A stretch of DNA of 64,000 nucleotides, taken from contig JBBQAZ010000001.1 of NCBI GenBank assembly GCA_038316995.1, forward strand, positions 1,281 through 65,280, written 5' to 3'. Shown piece after piece: positions 9,470 to 18,468 of the stretch. The stretch's first letter is position 1, and every line of letters begins with the position of its first letter. Under the pieces are notes generated by a model, which ran no database searches, was not told the DNA's origin, and saw only the letters and a list, made by a program, of their open reading frames with translations. Source of the DNA: Candidatus Saccharimonadales bacterium (lineage in GTDB: Bacteria > Patescibacteriota > Saccharimonadia > Saccharimonadales > JAXHNE01). The translations under genes were made by a program, and so were the position numbers.

Positions 9470-10879
9470 TTACTTACGCCATACGCCAGATAATGGCTGA
9501 TCGCTAGAACGTCCGAAGTTGAACTGATAATGAGTAGCCCCACCTGTCGTATTATTCGTTAAGTAGAATGTTGCTCCACGTTGAACACCAACAGTATCCT
9601 TGCCATTGTTATTCCAGTCTCCTGTAATCGGCTCATCGCCCGTTGTCTGGCCGTATAAGAATGTATATTTTGACGTACTTGATCCATACGAGCTAAATTC
9701 ATTCGTCAAGTACCATCTTCCACCTTCTTTTGGACGATAAACGCCAACCGTATCTTTGCCATCTCCATTCCAGTCACCTATAACTGGAATGTCTGTAGTG
9801 CCTCTTCCGAAAGTAAATGTACGTTTAGAGGTGCTGGCACCGTATGATGTGAAGTTGTCGGTTAAGTAGAACCTGCTTTCCCCTGGCCTGTAAACACCTA
9901 CCGTGTCAATGCCGTCACCGTTCCAGTCTCCGCAAACAGGTATATCGCCTAAGCCACCGTTCCCAAATGAAAATTGTTTTTTGGACGAATCGCTAGCACC
10001 AAAAGATGTAAATTGATTGCTTATGTAAAAGTTGCTGTTACTCCTTCGGTAAACTCCAGGGGTATCGATTCCATCACCGTTCCAATCACAGAACACCGGA
10101 ATGTCACTAGAATCTCCAAATCCGAAGCTTTTATACGTGCCTCCGCTATGTCCAGCAGAAAGATAATATGTGTTCCCGCGCTTTACTGCAGCGTGGTCGG
10201 CACCTGCGGGAGTAGCTGTCGAAGTAGTGCTACTGGACGGCTCGCCCGCATTAGTAGGCACACTCTTCCATTTACCTCCACAATTTGTACAAGTGACATA
10301 GATGTGTACTGTCCAAAGCTCACCGTAGCTGTTTTGGTAGCCTGCAGTTCCGACAAAATTGAATCTATAGTTAGAAGAATCGTCAATGTTGGCATGATGG
10401 CCTGAGCTATTTAAGTAAGCTTGGAACACTGATGCTGAAGAAGCTGAGAGACCTCCTGAGCCTACATAAGATTTTCCAACGTTTTCTGCCATTGCTGTCC
10501 AGTTAGAACCGTCAGAACAGGCATAAGAAACACCCGGTCCGTAATTAGAGTGATGGAGATTGCGTTGATCACCCATTTTCTTTGCATGCACACGTGCGAA
10601 ATCTGTTATACAGCCTGAGCGGTATAGGGCACCTTTACCGTGCGATGCTCTGTGGTTATTGATTCTATTGTATTGGTCTACCTCAACCGAATTACTAAGT
10701 CCGGAGCTTGATGCCTGTGAAAAAACTAGTGTTAATGCGCCGATGTTTGCGAAGACTAGAGCAAAGATAACCAAAGTAGATCTCTTATACTTAGATGCGA
10801 AATTAATCTTTTTGTTCTTATTCGATGATTTTGTTGAGCGCGCTGAGCGACTTTTTGCTGTTGTCTTTCTTTTTGCCAT
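9470..10879 (-). CDS. secreted CAP/SCP (PR-1-like) domain protein with FG-GAP/VCBS-like tandem repeats
   Basis: N-terminal Lys-rich segment followed by a TM/signal anchor. The CAP-like region runs ~aa 70-200 (HHSNYG...GHHANI). The C-terminal half carries repeats with core GDWNGDG(I/K)DTVGVYR. Confidence 0.8.
   Translation of the reverse strand: MAKRKTTAKSRSARSTKSSNKNKKINFASKYKRSTLVIFALVFANIGALTLVFSQASSSGLSNSVEVDQYNRINNHRASHGKGALYRSGCITDFARVHAKKMGDQRNLHHSNYGPGVSYACSDGSNWTAMAENVGKSYVGSGGLSASSASVFQAYLNSSGHHANIDDSSNYRFNFVGTAGYQNSYGELWTVHIYVTCTNCGGKWKSVPTNAGEPSSSTTSTATPAGADHAAVKRGNTYYLSAGHSGGTYKSFGFGDSSDIPVFCDWNGDGIDTPGVYRRSNSNFYISNQFTSFGASDSSKKQFSFGNGGLGDIPVCGDWNGDGIDTVGVYRPGESRFYLTDNFTSYGASTSKRTFTFGRGTTDIPVIGDWNGDGKDTVGVYRPKEGGRWYLTNEFSSYGSSTSKYTFLYGQTTGDEPITGDWNNNGKDTVGVQRGATFYLTNNTTGGATHYQFNFGRSSDQPLSGVWRK
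9473..10183 (-). repeat. 4.5 tandem ~50-aa coding repeats (FxFG..DIPV.GDWNGDG.DT.GVYR...FYLT)
   Basis: Repeat units cover roughly aa 252-302, 303-354, 355-406 and 407-452, followed by a partial unit. Confidence 0.8.
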
Positions 10880-10880
10880 T

Positions 10881-11132
10881 TTAGTTTTCCTCCCCTATAT
10901 CCAAATCTGTATTGTTTTCTACGCTGTCAGGTGCAGCTTGAGTTTCTGATGGCTGATCGTCGACAAACTCATCATTAATTTTATTGGCTGCTCCTTCCTC
11001 TGGGGTTTGCGATGTTTCTGATGAATCTATTAGACCTGGTGCTGAATCATTCGAACGATCGAATAAAACGTACCCACTAACGAACAGCATTACCGTAAGG
11101 ATGGCAATGACTAACTTTTCTAGTTTTGACAT
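10881..11132 (-). CDS. small membrane-anchored acidic protein
   Basis: 83 aa with one N-terminal TM helix. It ends 2 nt before the start codon of the CAP-repeat gene, consistent with an operon. Confidence 0.5.
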   Translation of the reverse strand: MSKLEKLVIAILTVMLFVSGYVLFDRSNDSAPGLIDSSETSQTPEEGAANKINDEFVDDQPSETQAAPDSVENNTDLDIGEEN

Positions 11133-11289
11133 GGGATTGTCCCTGTTTAATTAATTATATTAATGAGTATAACACTTATGTTTTTATTGCACAGTAAGTA
11201 GCTCTGTTCTTTGCCCCTGCTAGGTTTGCATTATTTATAGAATATTCTAAGCTGGGTAACCGTTAGTAGCATGGTTTAGTGGTGTCGCA

Positions 11290-11295
11290 TATAAT
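11290..11295 (+). promoter_or_regulatory. -10 TATAAT, 6 nt upstream of the folP ATG (leaderless)
   Basis: Sequence reads TATAAT-ttatgt-ATG. No Shine-Dalgarno. Confidence 0.45.
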
Positions 11296-11301
11296 TTATG
11301 T

Positions 11302-12144
11302 ATGAACCATGGCACAGAGTTAGTTGGAATCGTAAATGTCACGCCGGACAGCTTTAGCGATGGCGGCAACTACCTAGAAGAGAATGCTGCTGTTGCGCAT
11401 ACAAATGAACTATTTAATCAGGGCTGTAGCATGGTCGATATAGGTGGCGAGTCAACGCGCCCAGACGCTACTCCGATATCCCATGAGAAAGAATGGTCGC
11501 GTATTGCCGGAGTACTAGGCCAAACAATTCCTGTATACGGTGAAAGTATTTCTGTTGATTCCTATCACCCCACTGTTATTCGTAGAGCATTCCAATTTGG
11601 TAATTTTGTCGTCAATGACGTGACGGGGTTTAATAACCCAGAGATGCAAGACGTTGTGGCGGAACTAGGACTACCTTGTATTGTCAGTCACCTTCCTGCA
11701 TCTGCAGGACAAGACATCCAATTAGCACACAAAACAAAAGAAGTAGATAGTGTTGATCAAGTTGTTGATGAGCTAGAGATACGAGTATGCGAGCTTATTA
11801 CTCGCGGCGTACACAAAAGTAAAATAACAGTTGATCCTGGCATAGGATTCTCAAAAACAATGAAAGCAAACTGGAAGTTGCTAGGAATTGCAGAGCACAC
11901 AGATTGGCCAGTCATGATTGGGGCATCAAACAAATCGTTTTTGCGCACCGACCCAGGTACCGGACTTATTTATCCTGGCTACGAAAAACCTGACGCTTCG
12001 GCTGAGGCAATAATTATTGAACTGGATCAGATATGGATGAACGGTCGTAATAGATATGCTGCAAATCTTGCTATGTCTGAGCACATAAAACCAAAATACC
12101 TACGCGTTCACGACCCAATCATTTATAAAGACCTTGTCCACTAA
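11302..12144 (+). CDS. folP: dihydropteroate synthase
   Basis: Motifs GIVNVTPDSFSDGG and DIGGESTRP. Confidence 0.9.
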   Translation: MNHGTELVGIVNVTPDSFSDGGNYLEENAAVAHTNELFNQGCSMVDIGGESTRPDATPISHEKEWSRIAGVLGQTIPVYGESISVDSYHPTVIRRAFQFGNFVVNDVTGFNNPEMQDVVAELGLPCIVSHLPASAGQDIQLAHKTKEVDSVDQVVDELEIRVCELITRGVHKSKITVDPGIGFSKTMKANWKLLGIAEHTDWPVMIGASNKSFLRTDPGTGLIYPGYEKPDASAEAIIIELDQIWMNGRNRYAANLAMSEHIKPKYLRVHDPIIYKDLVH

Positions 12145-12157
12145 TCTACGTAGATTA

Positions 12158-12898
12158 TTATTCTCCTTGAGAAGTAAGTGATTTACGTAGTGAGTATCTG
12201 TCTCTTTTGTTATTTACGGGCACATTATCATAATCTGATGCGTTCACGTTCATTCTATATTGAATTGTAAACCTGGGTTCAATGTCACCAATATTTGATA
12301 CACAATGTGTTGGATTAATATTCACACCTTCTTCGTGTTCATACAGCCCAGTGGAACGGAAAAAAACAACGTCCAGTGGTTTAACGTGCATGCCTGCATC
12401 AGTCGCATCATCCAGCGAAACCTCCTTAGCATTCTTGGGTGTTCTTGTGCTGAACCTGATATTAGCTGAACCCGTTAAACTGGCAGATATAACTATAAGA
12501 TCATCTTTAGGGTGGTCTCTATGCCAACCTAACCCTAGTTCAGTGTCTGGAGGATATATTTGCACGGCCGCTTCGTCAATTGAATAGCGTTTCATGATTG
12601 GGAATTTTTCAAACAGGCTCCCTACAGCAAATCCACCAAGTCTTAGTCCAAGCTCTTCAGTTCTGGGAAAATCATTTTCTTTTGTTAAATCAATAATCAT
12701 TCTATTAAATACTTGCTGAACCTTACTGTTGGTCTCCCTGATTGGCTCTATATCGCCTAATCTGTGAATCTCTGTGCAGACCTGCTCTGCAAGCTCATCG
12801 TCAATCAACTTAGGTTCCAACCACACCCCAGGCCCATCAGGACCAAGCGATTCCTCGATGCCTTTCAGCTTTTCAGCGTGAGTATCTAGAAATTTCAT
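12158..12898 (-). CDS. AlkB-like 2OG-Fe(II) dioxygenase (tentative)
   Basis: HxD in GWHRDHP, a distal His in NPTHCV, and RFTIQYR resembling the AlkB RxxxTxR motif. Last gene of the polA operon. Confidence 0.45.
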   Translation of the reverse strand: MKFLDTHAEKLKGIEESLGPDGPGVWLEPKLIDDELAEQVCTEIHRLGDIEPIRETNSKVQQVFNRMIIDLTKENDFPRTEELGLRLGGFAVGSLFEKFPIMKRYSIDEAAVQIYPPDTELGLGWHRDHPKDDLIVISASLTGSANIRFSTRTPKNAKEVSLDDATDAGMHVKPLDVVFFRSTGLYEHEEGVNINPTHCVSNIGDIEPRFTIQYRMNVNASDYDNVPVNNKRDRYSLRKSLTSQGE

Positions 12899-13437
12899 AG
12901 TTCGTAATTTTTTCCCTTACTAGTCTCTTCCTTGATAATATCCACAAGTGGCCTATCGTTTAGCTTTAGTTCAAATCCTTCATCGCAAATTATTATTTCG
13001 TCAATGCACTGGTGAGCTGGGTTATCATCTGGTAAGTTAAACTCTATTCCGCGTTTTCCTAAAACGTAAGTTGCCCCAGCAAACTCATCATAGGTAAACT
13101 CCATGTGTTCAAAGCCAATCAAGCCTACCCCAGCTTTTTCTGGTCGAGGTTCCATGACTTCTATGATATTTACTTCGCCAAAACTGCCCACCATAATAGA
13201 TGCGGCAAGTTCTACCGTGCCGAGTGTTCGTCCATGCATGTCTTTGCCCATAATCGACACATCAGTAAATGGCCGAAGTAGTTCTATTTGCTCATCAAAA
13301 TCTGCTCTGTCGCTACACTTAACCGCGATATGGTCCGGCATGCCAAACCATTCTTCTGGCAAACGATAGTGTTCTACGAAAGCAGCAAGCCGCTGTCCAT
13401 ACAAATCTGCCCCCGCCTCAATTTCTTTATAGGTCAT
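12895..13437 (-). CDS. VOC-family (YecM-like) protein
   Basis: 180 aa with PDHIAVKC...FEHMEF in a YecM-like arrangement. Has 4-nt overlaps on both sides. Confidence 0.55.
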   Translation of the reverse strand: MTYKEIEAGADLYGQRLAAFVEHYRLPEEWFGMPDHIAVKCSDRADFDEQIELLRPFTDVSIMGKDMHGRTLGTVELAASIMVGSFGEVNIIEVMEPRPEKAGVGLIGFEHMEFTYDEFAGATYVLGKRGIEFNLPDDNPAHQCIDEIIICDEGFELKLNDRPLVDIIKEETSKGKNYEL

Positions 13438-13847
13438 ACTACTTCTCCCATTAACATATGTAATGATGACTTTAAACCATCTTCAACTTTTTCTAGTGCT
13501 TCTTCATAGTTAAACCAATGAGCCTCAATGTGTTCATCACTTAAAACAATTTCACTTGGTAAAACGGCGGTAACTCTAAAAAATAATAGCATTAGACTTA
13601 CGTTGCCTTCAATATCTTCAGGAAGTCGATGCGCATGGAGCATTTCATGCATTTGAAATGACTCTATGTTAGGCAGCTCCTCGTGCAATTCACGATCAAG
13701 AGCTTGTTCAATCGTTTCTTCGCCATCAATCCTGCCACCTGGAAATTCCCAACGATTACCTCTGCCGTTTTCTGCATTCGTGTGCAAAAGCAACACTTGT
13801 TTATTGCTTATAATGACGCCTTTTATACCTACATAAAATTTTTTCAC
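13434..13847 (-). CDS. NUDIX hydrolase
   Basis: Nudix box GGRIDGEETIEQALDRELHEEL. The GTG start overlaps the polA stop (GTGA). Confidence 0.85.
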   Translation of the reverse strand: MKKFYVGIKGVIISNKQVLLLHTNAENGRGNRWEFPGGRIDGEETIEQALDRELHEELPNIESFQMHEMLHAHRLPEDIEGNVSLMLLFFRVTAVLPSEIVLSDEHIEAHWFNYEEALEKVEDGLKSSLHMLMGEVV

Positions 13848-16489
13848 AGTTCGCCCCAGTTTCTTCCGATGCTTGTGTCTACGGTGAGTTTTACGGGCAG
13901 TTTATAAACTGCTTCCATAGTTTCTTTTAGCATTTTGGCTACTTCTTCTGCATGCTCATCAGGGCATTCTACAAGGATTGAATCATGAATTTGCAGCAAT
14001 TGTTTTGCGTCATACTGTTCAAGCTTTTCATTTACAGTCACCATCGCCATTTTCATAAGATCAGCTTCTGTCCCTTGGATTGGCATGTTGATTGCTGCGC
14101 GTTCGGCGCCTTGGCGAACCATGAAATTGCTGGAATGAATATCGGGCATTGGACGACGTCGACCGAACAATGTTTCTACGTAACCATCCTTGCGAGCGCT
14201 TTCCTTCAGATGGTTCATATAGTCAAGGATTGGTTTTCTGATTTCAAAATACTTATCAATAAACGTTTTTGCTGCGTCATAGGTCATGCCGGTTGCCTGC
14301 ACCAAACCATGCGGACTCATGCCGTACAAAACACCAAAGTTAATTACTTTTGCATCGCGTCGCATTGTTTTGGTAACATCTTCTGGTTTTCTACCGTACA
14401 CTTGAGCTGCAGTTGCGTTATGGATATCTGCACCGTCGTTAAACATTTTTATAAGTTCTGTGTCGTTAGCTAAATGCGCAGCAAGGCGCAGTTCGAACTG
14501 GGAATAGTCAGCGCTTACCAACATATGCTGAGGACGCGCAATAAATGCAGTCCGAATCCGCTTACCAAGCTCTGTTCGGACTGGAATATTTTGTAAGTTC
14601 GGATCATTTGAACTTAGTCGACCAGTTTGGGCCACTGTTAAGGCAAATGTTGTGTGTAGGCGTGAGTCTTCATCTACTTGCTTTGGCAACGTGTCCACGT
14701 AAGTACTCTTAAGCTTGGTTACTTCACGGAATTTGGTAATTAAATCAATGATAGGATGCTGAGAGCGCAGCTTATCTAGTTCTTTGGCTGCGGTAGAGTA
14801 CGCCGTCTTTCCTTTTTTAATTCCAGCAGTCGGCAAACCTAGTTCCTCGAACAAAATCTCCGACAACTGATTCGGAGATGCGATGTTAAATTCACGGTTG
14901 GCGTGGCCATAAATTTCTTGTTCAAGATCACTAACTTGATCAGTTAATTCAACATTAAACACTTCCAAATAACCTGTATCGAGCTTTATCCCTTCGTGCT
15001 CCATTTCTGCTAATACTGAAATAACCGGCCATTCAATCTCTGCAGCCAATTTTGCAACTTTTGGCATGTCTTTAAGCTCTTCTTCCTGGCCTAGGTGCAA
15101 CGCTTTTATTATGGCAATGATTTCTGTAGCTCGATGAATTAAGTCATCGTCTGACAGCTCTTCCAATGGCGATCCATCGTACCCAATATCTGCACTCGCA
15201 AGCTCGCTTAAATCTTGTTCGCGGCGTAAACAATTAATCAAGAAAGAACCGATTAATACGTCGTGAGCAACCTTCGGCAGTGCCACGCCAAGCTCTATGA
15301 AAATCTCTAAAACTGCTTTTACATCATAGCCAATGACACTTTTTATACTTCCCAAAAAACTAACGAGTTCTTTTTTGCTGAGTTTTTTAAAATTCAGTGC
15401 GTAAGTTGTTTTTCCACCATCAGAAACAAACAACCAGCTTGGCTTTCTCCCATGCTTACCCGCGCTACGGCCATAGACGTAAACATTTCCTTTTAAATCT
15501 TTAATTTGATTCAGATCTTTGTTCGCTTCAATCACAATTGTTTTGGCTTTGGGATCATGAACAAATTCTGTTGCGTCGTTGTGGTGCGCCTCTACTTGCA
15601 TGACTTCCGGAAGCTGCCGAACCAAGCTCTTAAACTCTAGTTTCTGTAACAAATCACGAAGCTTTACAGGATTACACTTACTACCGTCAACTTCTTTGAG
15701 ATTTAGGGTTATTGGCGCATCAATCCAGATTGATGCTAACTTTTTACTCAAGCTCACCATGTCTTTGCTCGCTTCTAATTTCTTGGCTACACTGTCTTTT
15801 ATTAATGCTAGGTTTTCATAAATTCCGTCGATTGTTTCGTACTCATTGAGTAAACCTGTTGCTGTCTTCTTTCCAATTCCGGCTGCACCAGGAATATTAT
15901 CTGAACTGTCTCCCATTAAGGCTTTTAGTTCAAGGAATTGATCAACTCTTACTTCATACTTTGCCTGGAAACTTTCCGGGCTAAACAATTCGATGTTGCT
16001 CAGGCCTTTTTTGAGCGCAAAAACCTTGGTGTGCTCATTTACAACTTGCAACATATCCATGTCAGATGTGACCAACAATGTTTCTATACCCTCTTTACCT
16101 GCCTGATGGGCTAATGTTCCCATAATGTCATCAGCTTCATAATCATCTAATTCATAAAGTGGCCAGCCAAATGCATCAAGCACTTCATGTAGTATTGGAA
16201 TTTGTTCATAAAAATCTGGTGGCGGCGGCTTACGTCCAGCTTTGTATTCAGGATACAGTTCAAGCCGTTTTCGGATATTGGTTTTAGGTTTATCCCACGC
16301 AACACAAACGTAATCTGGTTTTAGTTTTCGGATTACCTCAAGTGCCATTGTCGCAAATCCAAACACACCGCCTGTAGGTTTACCTTCGCGTGTAGAAAGA
16401 TTAGGCATAGCGTAATATCCACGGTAAAACACACTCTTTCCGTCAATAATTACAAACTTCTTAGGTTGCTTTGCCTCTCCCATATGCAT
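13844..16489 (-). CDS. polA: DNA polymerase I
   Basis: 5'-nuclease N-terminus. Pol motifs A (LVSADYSQFELR), B (RRDAKVINFGVLYGMS) and C (LLQIHDSILVE). The true start may be the second ATG at 16483, which lies 8 nt after a TATAAT box. Confidence 0.95.
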   Translation of the reverse strand: MHMGEAKQPKKFVIIDGKSVFYRGYYAMPNLSTREGKPTGGVFGFATMALEVIRKLKPDYVCVAWDKPKTNIRKRLELYPEYKAGRKPPPPDFYEQIPILHEVLDAFGWPLYELDDYEADDIMGTLAHQAGKEGIETLLVTSDMDMLQVVNEHTKVFALKKGLSNIELFSPESFQAKYEVRVDQFLELKALMGDSSDNIPGAAGIGKKTATGLLNEYETIDGIYENLALIKDSVAKKLEASKDMVSLSKKLASIWIDAPITLNLKEVDGSKCNPVKLRDLLQKLEFKSLVRQLPEVMQVEAHHNDATEFVHDPKAKTIVIEANKDLNQIKDLKGNVYVYGRSAGKHGRKPSWLFVSDGGKTTYALNFKKLSKKELVSFLGSIKSVIGYDVKAVLEIFIELGVALPKVAHDVLIGSFLINCLRREQDLSELASADIGYDGSPLEELSDDDLIHRATEIIAIIKALHLGQEEELKDMPKVAKLAAEIEWPVISVLAEMEHEGIKLDTGYLEVFNVELTDQVSDLEQEIYGHANREFNIASPNQLSEILFEELGLPTAGIKKGKTAYSTAAKELDKLRSQHPIIDLITKFREVTKLKSTYVDTLPKQVDEDSRLHTTFALTVAQTGRLSSNDPNLQNIPVRTELGKRIRTAFIARPQHMLVSADYSQFELRLAAHLANDTELIKMFNDGADIHNATAAQVYGRKPEDVTKTMRRDAKVINFGVLYGMSPHGLVQATGMTYDAAKTFIDKYFEIRKPILDYMNHLKESARKDGYVETLFGRRRPMPDIHSSNFMVRQGAERAAINMPIQGTEADLMKMAMVTVNEKLEQYDAKQLLQIHDSILVECPDEHAEEVAKMLKETMEAVYKLPVKLTVDTSIGRNWGEL

Positions 16490-16517
16490 TTATTATACAC
16501 CCCTGTAGTGAAGTCCG

Positions 16518-17513
16518 TTAAGACTCAGGTGTAGGCTCTTGATCATTAAGCTCAAGTTGTAACAGACTTGCTAGTTCGTGTACATGCTTTGAGTGTCTTA
16601 AAACACTTAGTGCGTTAAATTCAATTTGTCTGATGCGCTCTCTGGTGAGTCCATATTCTGTTCCCAATGCAAGTAAAGAGACAGTGTCTACGGAAAAGTG
16701 TCTACGCAGGACTATGTCTGCAGACCGGTGATCCAGTGATTTGCGGATTATATTTTTGACACGTTCATGGTTTATCTTTTCATCGATTTCATCGTATTGA
16801 TTTTCGATTTTTATATCTGGTATAAGAAAACCTCTCTCTGTTGTAGTACCAGATTGATCATTGTCGTTTAGCCCGTCATTAAGACTTAGTATATTAACAA
16901 AATTTTTAACAAGCTGTTCGCACTTTTCTATATCATCTACAGAAATATTCGTAAGCTCGGATATTTGTTCACGAGTAGCAAATTGACCACCTTCCTGAAG
17001 TAGCATCGACTTTGCCTTTTTGATTGCAGCTATCTGATCATGGCGCTGGCTTGGAATCTTAATAGATTCACTGTAGCTCATTTTTCCGCGTGAAATTGCT
17101 TGCTTAATCCACCATGTACCATAGGTAGAAAATTTAAATCCTTGGTACGGATCAAATTTTTTAACTGCCGTTATTAAACCTTCGTTACCAAATTGAATCG
17201 CATCCAGAAGCTCAATATCCCCTTGTCTTGTGTACCTCTTGGCAATAGACACAACCAGACGAAGATTAGACTGAACCATATCTTTTTCAGCAAGCTTACC
17301 ACTGTTAATAGTTGTCTTAAGCTTCAATACATCCTTGTCTGTAAACCCTTGACTTGCTTCATCAATGGCTTCTAGTCTGCTTGCAGCCTCAAGACCCTCC
17401 TGAATACTTACGCCAAGTTCAAATTCCTGCGCTCTATCAAGCAATTCATAACGAGCCGCTTCATTTAGATACATGCTTACATAATCAACGTTATAAGTAG
17501 GTTCTTTTTCCAT
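16518..17513 (-). CDS. sigma-70 family RNA polymerase sigma factor (second paralog)
   Basis: Region 2 is IQFGNEGLITAVKKFDPYQGFKFSTYGTWWIKQAI. Region 4 is [14 protein letters not shown]. Confidence 0.85.
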   Translation of the reverse strand: MEKEPTYNVDYVSMYLNEAARYELLDRAQEFELGVSIQEGLEAASRLEAIDEASQGFTDKDVLKLKTTINSGKLAEKDMVQSNLRLVVSIAKRYTRQGDIELLDAIQFGNEGLITAVKKFDPYQGFKFSTYGTWWIKQAISRGKMSYSESIKIPSQRHDQIAAIKKAKSMLLQEGGQFATREQISELTNISVDDIEKCEQLVKNFVNILSLNDGLNDNDQSGTTTERGFLIPDIKIENQYDEIDEKINHERVKNIIRKSLDHRSADIVLRRHFSVDTVSLLALGTEYGLTRERIRQIEFNALSVLRHSKHVHELASLLQLELNDQEPTPES

Positions 17514-17559
17514 TTAATACAGTATTTCACAGATGAAGGCGCGTTAAAATTGCTTACTC

Positions 17560-18468
17560 TTATTTTTTTACTGCAGATTTTTCTTGTGATGCTAGTAATT
17601 TTGCGGCCTTGTTCGTAACCCTCTTAGTGCCGCTCCACATTAAACGGATTTTACGAGGTTTAACTTTTTTATCAAATACTATCAGCGACTTCTTCTCAAT
17701 TACTTTAGCCGTCCAATTATACATTTCTATGGCAGTCTTTAGCGCACTCCTTAGGCGACTAGGTATAAATTCCATGCCATAGTCGGCTTCTTCCTGCCAC
17801 TTGTAGTACCGCTTCAGCTGAAACTGCATAAACCGATTAAAATCTGCCTGTTGAGCCAAAACTGTTTCACGGTTTAAGTCTTTCAAGTTGTAATTTCTTA
17901 GGTCGTTACGTGGAAAATATATCCGACCAAGCTGGTTGTCTTCATCTATATCACGGATAAAATTAATCCACTGCATGGCGCGTCCTTGGGCTTTGGCAGA
18001 TTCAAAAGACTCCTCCGGAAGTCCCATGATTTTAGCCATCATCAGACCAATTACCTCAGCTGATCCATACACATATTTTAATACCTCGTCAATATTGGCA
18101 TACCCTTGGTTATCTATGTCTTGTTTCATGGCGTCAAAAAACGCCTGAACCCACTCCGGGTCAAATTTATACTTATGCGTTAGACGAACGATGTGTTTTA
18201 TTACTAGCTCATCAAGTTCATCCCAACTGTGAGCAATTTGTTCAAAAGCTGGGTCGGCGATTGCTTTCTGCCAAGCTTTTTCTAGATTGAGTAGTTTTTT
18301 TGGTTGAGCTGGTTGCTCATCTACATAATCATCAGCTGTTCGAACAAAACTATACAGTGCAAAAATATCGTCCCTATATTTTTTAGGAAACAAACGACTA
18401 CTCCAATAATAAGTAGTACTACCTTTCTTGAAAATCTGCTTCTCGATTTTACCAGTAGTACGTGCCAT
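17560..18468 (-). CDS. phytoene/squalene synthase family protein
   Basis: Asp-rich motifs YSFVRTADDYVDE and FIRDIDEDNQLGRIYFP. Confidence 0.8.
   Translation of the reverse strand: MARTTGKIEKQIFKKGSTTYYWSSRLFPKKYRDDIFALYSFVRTADDYVDEQPAQPKKLLNLEKAWQKAIADPAFEQIAHSWDELDELVIKHIVRLTHKYKFDPEWVQAFFDAMKQDIDNQGYANIDEVLKYVYGSAEVIGLMMAKIMGLPEESFESAKAQGRAMQWINFIRDIDEDNQLGRIYFPRNDLRNYNLKDLNRETVLAQQADFNRFMQFQLKRYYKWQEEADYGMEFIPSRLRSALKTAIEMYNWTAKVIEKKSLIVFDKKVKPRKIRLMWSGTKRVTNKAAKLLASQEKSAVKK

Noticed and set aside
16483-16489. Re-annotating the polA start to the second ATG at 16483.
   Set aside because: The TATAAT box 8 nt upstream of 16483 favours the shorter form. The two starts differ by only two codons and cannot be resolved from sequence alone, so the ORF-track coordinate is kept in the feature table.
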